In this document: piece after piece, positions 1-3,906 of the stretch
Layout of the letters: every line of letters starts with the position of its first letter
How positions within the stretch are numbered: the stretch's first letter is position 1
Source of the DNA: a virus
Lineage: Duplodnaviria > Heunggongvirae > Uroviricota > Caudoviricetes
Length of the DNA stretch: 5,791 nucleotides
Reading direction: 5' to 3' (one strand)
IMG/VR virus record: IMGVR_UViG_3300013903_000037
The notes under the pieces: model-generated
Seen by the model: only the letters and a program-made list of their open reading frames with translations
Told to the model about the DNA's origin: nothing
Database searches by the model: none
Translations under genes and position numbers: made by a program

Positions 1-13
1 AACTCTGTTATTC

Positions 14-134
14 TCTGTAGTCGTGTAATTACTCGAAGAGAGAGCGGCTAAAGCTCAATTACACTCTGCTTTCCTCGTGTAATTTCACTAAGCCTCAATA
101 CAATTCCACTTCCTACTTCTGTAGTCGTGTAATT
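14..134. repeat. Iteron-like repeat array: exact 17-bp direct repeat TCTGTAGTCGTGTAATT at 14-30 and 118-134; third copy of the 10-bp core TCGTGTAATT at 75-84; inverted copy of the 8-bp core (AATTACAC) at 57-64
   Basis: Read directly from the sequence. Direct copies are spaced about 50-54 bp apart in a stretch with no ORF on either strand. Function (origin iterons or operator array) is inference. Confidence 0.7.
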
Positions 135-180
135 GTTTTCGGTGGAAAAGCCAGAGGCGACACCGAAAGAGAATTCTGAT

Positions 181-250
181 CTTATTAATCTTATCTATCT
201 TAGTTAATCTTCTTACTTTATCTTACTTACTTTATCTACTTTATTGTTAA
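181..250. repeat. AT-rich, pyrimidine-rich low-complexity tract with 10-bp periodic tandem units (TCTTACTTTA at 211-220, TCTTACTTAC at 221-230, then TTTATCTACT)
   Basis: Read directly. Strong strand asymmetry (T/C on + strand) and no ORF. Possible DNA-unwinding or bending element next to the iteron array. Confidence 0.55.
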
Positions 251-280
251 TAATAGCTTTATAAGCTCTGTGTAGCTCTC

Positions 281-338
281 TGACGCAAGAAACCGCATTC
301 AGAAAGGGAATCACCTTAGAAAAGTGTTCTTTGCGTCA
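281..338. promoter_or_regulatory. Imperfect inverted repeat TGACGCAAGA (281-290) / TCTTTGCGTCA (328-338), arms about 37 bp apart
   Basis: Read directly. Lies upstream of the first gene. Could be paired half-sites for a DNA-binding protein or a long-range stem. Function unknown. Confidence 0.35.
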
Positions 339-463
339 TAATGTGTTTTATGAAGGATTCAGAGGTGTTTCATAACAGAAATGTATTGAGGCATATTTTT
401 CTAAGCATTACCCAAATATATACGATGACTTTGATATTCCCTTTTAAAAAGTAAGGAGGACTA

Positions 464-742
464 TTGATACAGTATTTAATAAAAAGCAAAGTAGACAGAA
501 TTCAGTGTAATGACACAGGAAAACGCATCTACGAGACACTTGCTTACCTCTATAAAGGAAAGCCAACACCGCTAAAATATAGCGATGTGTTACATCGAGC
601 AGGGTGCTCTGAAGCTGGTTTAAAATTCTGGCTGAAACAGCTATCAAACTTCGGTGTTATAGAGATTAAAGAATTATCTTTCTCTACATTCAATCTCAAA
701 AGACTTTCTAAAGAAATAGAATTCATCTATTCCACTCTCTAA
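464..742 (+). CDS. Small (92 aa) putative winged-helix/HTH DNA-binding protein, TTG start
   Basis: ORF track 464..742. Strong Shine-Dalgarno AAGGAGGA at 453-460, though spacing to the TTG at 464 is short (3-4 nt). No in-frame ATG or GTG exists near the 5' end, so TTG is the only canonical start. The central segment (KYSDVLHRAGCSEAGLKFWLKQLSNFGVIE) has the look of a helix-turn-helix with a wing. Sits next to the repeat array. Confidence 0.5.
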   Translation: MIQYLIKSKVDRIQCNDTGKRIYETLAYLYKGKPTPLKYSDVLHRAGCSEAGLKFWLKQLSNFGVIEIKELSFSTFNLKRLSKEIEFIYSTL

Positions 743-783
743 AATCTCTCTATGTAATTAAAATATAAAAGGAAAACATTATT

Positions 784-900
784 ATGATAGTAGCTATGTA
801 TTGGTTATTGTTCTTTCTCACGTTAGAAGCATATTTCGGGGTGTTTTCCTTTAAAAGAAAAGGAAAAATAAATGGCAAAAAGAAAAAACAACGTTGTTAA
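784..900 (+). CDS. Candidate 38-aa small membrane peptide (MIVAMYWLLFFLTLEAYFGVFSFKRKGKINGKKKKQRC): hydrophobic N-terminal segment plus polybasic tail
   Basis: Hand translation; not in the ORF track because it is short. ATG at 784 preceded by AAAGGA (769-774) at about 9 nt spacing. Overlaps the start of the 872..1282 gene in another frame, so it could also be a chance ORF. Confidence 0.25.
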   Translation: MIVAMYWLLFFLTLEAYFGVFSFKRKGKINGKKKKQRC

Positions 901-1282
901 GAAAATCGGTGATTCAGCTTCTCTTCTAAGTAAACCTAAATCTATTCTAAGACGTAAAGACTTTAAAGAGCTAGTTACGCTCACCAAGCAAAATAGCGCC
1001 CCTGGCGAATGGAAAACAGAGATCATAGAACATTCTCCCTCTGTGCCTTGTGGAGATGAATATATCGCATTACAAGAAATCTTATCTTCAACACCTGGCG
1101 TGTTCTGGAAACCTAAAAAAAGAAAAGAGTATATCGTTGATAGCTCTGATTTACGCAAATACCAGATTTTAGGATTTGAAGACTATAACCACTACGTCGG
1201 TTATCTCGCCACAAATGGCCTAAATAATTTAGTTCCTGAATTCCAAATTTTAGATAATGCTGATCACTATGGAGACTTTTAA
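872..1282 (+). CDS. Hypothetical protein, 136 aa, strongly basic N-terminus (MAKRKNNVVKK...RRKDFK), possibly nucleic-acid binding
   Basis: ORF track. ATG at 872 preceded by a purine-rich AAGGAA (860-865). Stop TAA at 1280-1282 lies one base before the next gene's ATG. Same strand as all other supported genes. Confidence 0.6.
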   Translation: MAKRKNNVVKKIGDSASLLSKPKSILRRKDFKELVTLTKQNSAPGEWKTEIIEHSPSVPCGDEYIALQEILSSTPGVFWKPKKRKEYIVDSSDLRKYQILGFEDYNHYVGYLATNGLNNLVPEFQILDNADHYGDF

Positions 1283-1283
1283 T

Positions 1284-1622
1284 ATGAACAAAAACACATA
1301 TGACACAATTTACTCACTAATTAATTATTATGAGGATGATTACCTCCTGCCTTTAAACCGCGCTGAACTTGAAGCATACAAAGAAAACACGCCAGCGGCA
1401 CTAAATGAGGCGTTTAAACACTGGGATTTAGCTGTGAATGCCTTTGAGCACCTCTCTAAGCGTGTAGAGATGCTCTGTAAGCGTGAAAACGCATACCTGA
1501 CAGCCGATCAGATATGGGAGCTATCAAACTGGATAGAAGATATTGAATCTGATGTTCGCTATGTAGGAGATGGACTTGTTGAACTAGCTCAACGCTTAGG
1601 CGCTACTATCACAGAAGAATAA
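1284..1622 (+). CDS. Hypothetical acidic protein, 112 aa (track ORF 1257..1622 trimmed to the ATG with the best ribosome-binding site)
   Basis: GGAGA at 1271-1275, 8 nt upstream of ATG 1284. The earlier in-frame ATGs at 1257 and 1269 lack a ribosome-binding site and overlap the previous gene. By residue counting the protein has a clear excess of Asp/Glu over Lys/Arg, and its composition suggests mostly helix. Stop TAA at 1620-1622. Confidence 0.6.
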   Translation: MNKNTYDTIYSLINYYEDDYLLPLNRAELEAYKENTPAALNEAFKHWDLAVNAFEHLSKRVEMLCKRENAYLTADQIWELSNWIEDIESDVRYVGDGLVELAQRLGATITEE

Positions 1623-1651
1623 AAAAAGCAACAAAAAAGTTGTAAAATATC

Positions 1652-1680
1652 TTGACATTTCATCTATTGTATGTTAATAT
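1652..1680 (+). promoter_or_regulatory. Near-consensus sigma70-type promoter: -35 TTGACA (1652-1657), 17-bp spacer, extended -10 TGtTAATAT (1672-1680), A/T-rich UP-like tract upstream (1621-1650)
   Basis: Read directly. Predicted transcription start around 1687-1689. Confidence 0.65.
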
Positions 1681-1686
1681 AATTAT

Positions 1687-1910
1687 ATGGGGGTGATTAT
1701 TTTTCCTTTATTGGTTCGATATTAAAAATTCTTCCTGTCATTAAAGGGGAGTAAAATCTCCGCTCCCCGCTTCTCCTCCTTAAGTAAATACTGTGTCATT
1801 ATTACCTCTTTTTTCCTTTGTTATGCATACATCTTGGAGTATGCATAACATAGGGTAATTACATAGGTATGAGTTAATAAAAGGCGGCTTTAAATGCTGC
1901 CTTTTATTTT
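1687..1910 (+). ncRNA. Putative structured non-coding transcript or leader of about 220 nt, running from the predicted start of the 1652-1680 promoter to the intrinsic terminator at 1879-1910
   Basis: No plausible ORF with a ribosome-binding site in this interval. Contains hairpin GGGGAG(1746-1751)/CTCCCC(1763-1768), a single-stranded CU-rich anti-Shine-Dalgarno-like stretch TCCTCCTTA (1774-1782), a perfect 10-bp inverted repeat TTATGCATAC(1821-1830)/GTATGCATAA(1839-1848), and the terminator hairpin. Existence of a discrete RNA is inference. Confidence 0.3.
1879..1910 (+). terminator. Intrinsic (rho-independent) terminator: stem AAAAGGCGGC / GCTGCCTTTT with 7-nt loop, followed by TTTTATTTT
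   Basis: Read directly: 6 G/C-rich pairs including one G-U, extended by A-U pairs, then a T-run. Moderate predicted strength, so it may act as a partial or regulated terminator. Confidence 0.55.
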
Positions 1911-1972
1911 GCCCGTTATGCAACTTAAAAGTTGTATTTCTTACTTTAAACAAGGTAACAAGGTTTATATAA

Positions 1973-2185
1973 ATGTTGTTCTTAAATGATAAAGAGCAAA
2001 TCATCAAGTATAAAGATGAAATGCTGAAAATTAATCCACAAATTACCGAAATGGTAGCTAAATACGCTGGGTGTTCTGTCGAGGAAGTAGAAAGATGTGT
2101 TGAAAAATATTTTTCTCCTTCTTCTCCGTCTACACCTTCCCTTAATGAATTAATCAAATTAAAAGCTAAGGAGATTACTAAATGA
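1973..2185 (+). CDS. Hypothetical protein, 70 aa
   Basis: ORF track. Weak ribosome-binding site (AAGG at about 1961-1964). Stop TGA (2183-2185) overlaps the ATG (2182-2184) of the next gene, which suggests translational coupling. Start codon uncertain; internal ATGs exist. Confidence 0.45.
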   Translation: MLFLNDKEQIIKYKDEMLKINPQITEMVAKYAGCSVEEVERCVEKYFSPSSPSTPSLNELIKLKAKEITK

Positions 2186-2550
2186 TTATTGATTTAGACA
2201 CTCTGTTTCCAGGTCGAAATCGAAAGACTTTCACAGATATTGTAAGTTATTGTACTGATCCGTTTGCCTCTGTAGAAAGCAAGGTTTTTGCTTCTCTTCC
2301 TGCTGATGTTGAGTGCGGCGACTTGATCACCAGCACTGGCGCTAAATATGAATCAGGAGATGATATCTATGTTGTTATGAGTGAATTTGTAACGGCTGGA
2401 GAAAACAAGCCTGTAGATGTGCTACGTAGCAATGCTGGGCTTGTATGCATCAAAGCTGATGCCCTGAATGCTGTAAGTGAAGCAGCAAAAACAGCATTAA
2501 TTAAAAAAGGCTTTCAGCTTGAAGGCTTTAATACGGTTTTCACTTCTTAA
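2182..2550 (+). CDS. Hypothetical protein, 122 aa, immediately upstream of the major capsid gene (positional candidate for a scaffolding, decoration or other head-associated protein)
   Basis: ORF track. Good ribosome-binding site TAAGGAG (2167-2173), 8 nt before ATG 2182. Function is assigned from position only. Confidence 0.6.
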   Translation: MIIDLDTLFPGRNRKTFTDIVSYCTDPFASVESKVFASLPADVECGDLITSTGAKYESGDDIYVVMSEFVTAGENKPVDVLRSNAGLVCIKADALNAVSEAAKTALIKKGFQLEGFNTVFTS

Positions 2551-2568
2551 TAAAAGGAATAATAATAA

Positions 2569-3597
2569 ATGATTCTAGGTAATGATTACGTTGATTTAGC
2601 TCCTTTGTTCTCTGCGCATAGCACTAGAAACTATCTACTGTCTACCCTTGACTTCACTGATCCGGTGGGCGTTAGTTCTCATAAAGTAGCTGTTTCCCAG
2701 CTTGTCGAAAGCAACGAATCTCTCTTTAACAAAGAGACAAGCCGTTTTAGTTCTGAACACAATGTTACTAAGCGTGAACAAGGTAAAGAATGGCTTATCG
2801 AAATCCCGTATTTTCTTCGTGAAGATGTGATCCGTCCTTCTGATGTTCAAGGCAAACGTAAGTCTGGCACTGATTTTCAGGAAACACTCACTGATATTTA
2901 TGCGGAATATATCGCTAAACACCACGTAGCGTATCAGCGCACTAAAGAGAGCGTGCTGGCGGCTTCTTTGTTCTCTGGCAAAACTTACACGCCTAAAACT
3001 GATGATGTGTTAATTGAGTGGAGCAAGCTGTTTAACGTATCACCAATGAAAACCACGGTGAACGCTTCCAGCACGGACACCACGAAGATTTTTAAAGAAT
3101 TTGATCAGATTGCTACTAACATTTTTGAAATCACACAAAGCCAGGCGTCAGCGGTAGAAAGAATTGTTGTTTTCTGTAAACCTGACGCCTTCTCTGCAAT
3201 TCGATTCTCTGCTGGTATGGCAAACGCATTCCAGTATGTAAGCCCACTGGAAGAGGGGAACGTTGTGTATCAGCGTCGTGACCTGCTGCCAGGAGTGACA
3301 GCGTTCACTATTCCAGGAACTAACATCGATGTTGTTAAACTGGTAGATCCGCTACATCTGGCACATATGACCGCAGACGCTGTAGCGGTTCCGAAGTTTG
3401 CTAAAGGCTCTAACGTATATCAGAACATCTACGGGGCTGCTTCCAGCACCTTTGAACTGATTAATGCCGCTCCTGCTGAGGTGTATAGCTATAGCTATGA
3501 ATCTTCTCGTGGTGATGCTGTTAACGTTGTTACAGAGAATAGCCAGATGGTTGTAAACCACGGCGTTGGCTTCTCCGTTCAAATCACTGTTAAATAA
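2569..3597 (+). CDS. Major capsid protein, 342 aa, HK97-fold, apparently of the T7 gp10-like family
   Basis: ORF track. Ribosome-binding site AAAGGA (2553-2558). Recognition is from memory of T7 gp10A (345 aa), not a search: window VVFCKPDAFSAIRF (residues about 200-213) against remembered T7 VFYCDPDSYSAIL (about 206-218); window IEIPYFLREDVIRPSDV against T7 ITIDGLLTADVLIYDIE; similar length and C-terminal character. Followed by a strong terminator, as is typical of highly expressed capsid genes. Confidence 0.7.
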   Translation: MILGNDYVDLAPLFSAHSTRNYLLSTLDFTDPVGVSSHKVAVSQLVESNESLFNKETSRFSSEHNVTKREQGKEWLIEIPYFLREDVIRPSDVQGKRKSGTDFQETLTDIYAEYIAKHHVAYQRTKESVLAASLFSGKTYTPKTDDVLIEWSKLFNVSPMKTTVNASSTDTTKIFKEFDQIATNIFEITQSQASAVERIVVFCKPDAFSAIRFSAGMANAFQYVSPLEEGNVVYQRRDLLPGVTAFTIPGTNIDVVKLVDPLHLAHMTADAVAVPKFAKGSNVYQNIYGAASSTFELINAAPAEVYSYSYESSRGDAVNVVTENSQMVVNHGVGFSVQITVK

Positions 3598-3616
3598 TAT
3601 TTTTAACGTGTAATAG

Positions 3617-3652
3617 AGGCGTGGCGTGTATTCACGCTTCGCCTTTTTTTTT
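3617..3652 (+). terminator. Strong intrinsic terminator: stem AGGCGTGGCGTG / CACGCTTCGCCT (two G/C-rich helices around a small internal loop), loop TATT, followed by a run of 9 T
   Basis: Read directly. Located 20 nt after the capsid stop codon. Confidence 0.75.
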
Positions 3653-3686
3653 ATTTATTTTTTAAATTTTGAGAGGTGATTAAAAT

Positions 3687-3887
3687 ATGGAAGTGATTTT
3701 GAAATCAAAAAATGGTGTACACGTACATTTAGATGCTAATGATTCTAGAGGCTTGTTAAATCTGAAATATCTCTGTTCTCTCCTAGATGTTCCATATGAA
3801 GGAGTAAAAGCCCGTATGTTCAGATTAAACGAGAGTATTGATCAAGCTCTACACCATTTCTTAAGCAAAGAAGGTGGTAAAAAATGA
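3687..3887 (+). CDS. Hypothetical protein, 66 aa
   Basis: ORF track. Ribosome-binding site GAGGTGA (3673-3679), 7 nt before ATG 3687. Stop TGA at 3885-3887, 19 nt before the next gene. Confidence 0.55.
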   Translation: MEVILKSKNGVHVHLDANDSRGLLNLKYLCSLLDVPYEGVKARMFRLNESIDQALHHFLSKEGGKK

Positions 3888-3906
3888 TTAATAAGGGGGA
3901 TTTTAA

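Noticed and set aside
14-134. Possible CRISPR array
   Set aside because: Only two or three repeat copies with irregular spacing of 50-104 bp and partial copies, plus an inverted copy; not the regular 28-37 bp repeat-spacer periodicity of CRISPR arrays.
386-422. Candidate sigma70 promoter for the 464..742 gene (-35 TTGAGG at 386-391, -10 TATATA at 417-422)
   Set aside because: The spacing between these two elements is about 25 bp, and the hexamers at correct spacing are poor, so no convincing promoter could be called.
444-647. Minus-strand ORF (67 aa) antisense to the 464..742 gene
   Set aside because: No ribosome-binding site, hydrophobic and Cys-rich low-complexity translation, and entirely antisense to a + strand ORF that has a strong Shine-Dalgarno sequence.
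823-1158. Minus-strand ORF (111 aa) antisense to the 872..1282 gene
   Set aside because: Antisense to a better-supported + strand gene; junk-like composition; every well-supported gene in the window is on the + strand.
1700-1715. tRNA-like T-loop motif GGTTCGA
   Set aside because: No complementary T-stem, acceptor stem or D-arm could be built around it; an isolated motif match.
1687-1725. 12-codon ORF beginning at ATG 1687 (MGVIIFPLLVRY)
   Set aside because: The ATG coincides with the predicted transcription start, so there is no room for a ribosome-binding site; treated as non-coding.
1780-2157. Minus-strand ORF (125 aa) spanning the putative non-coding RNA and the 70-aa gene
   Set aside because: Crosses the terminator and palindromes, has no ribosome-binding site, and has low-complexity composition; most likely a chance ORF in AT-rich DNA.
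2635-3582. Minus-strand ORFs 2635..2925 (96 aa) and 3352..3582 (76 aa) inside the capsid gene
   Set aside because: Both are antisense to the capsid ORF, which has strong coding support and remembered family similarity; neither has a ribosome-binding site.
3570-3600. Programmed -1 frameshift at the capsid 3' end, as in T7 gene 10A/10B
   Set aside because: No slippery heptamer precedes the stop, and both alternative frames hit stop codons almost immediately.
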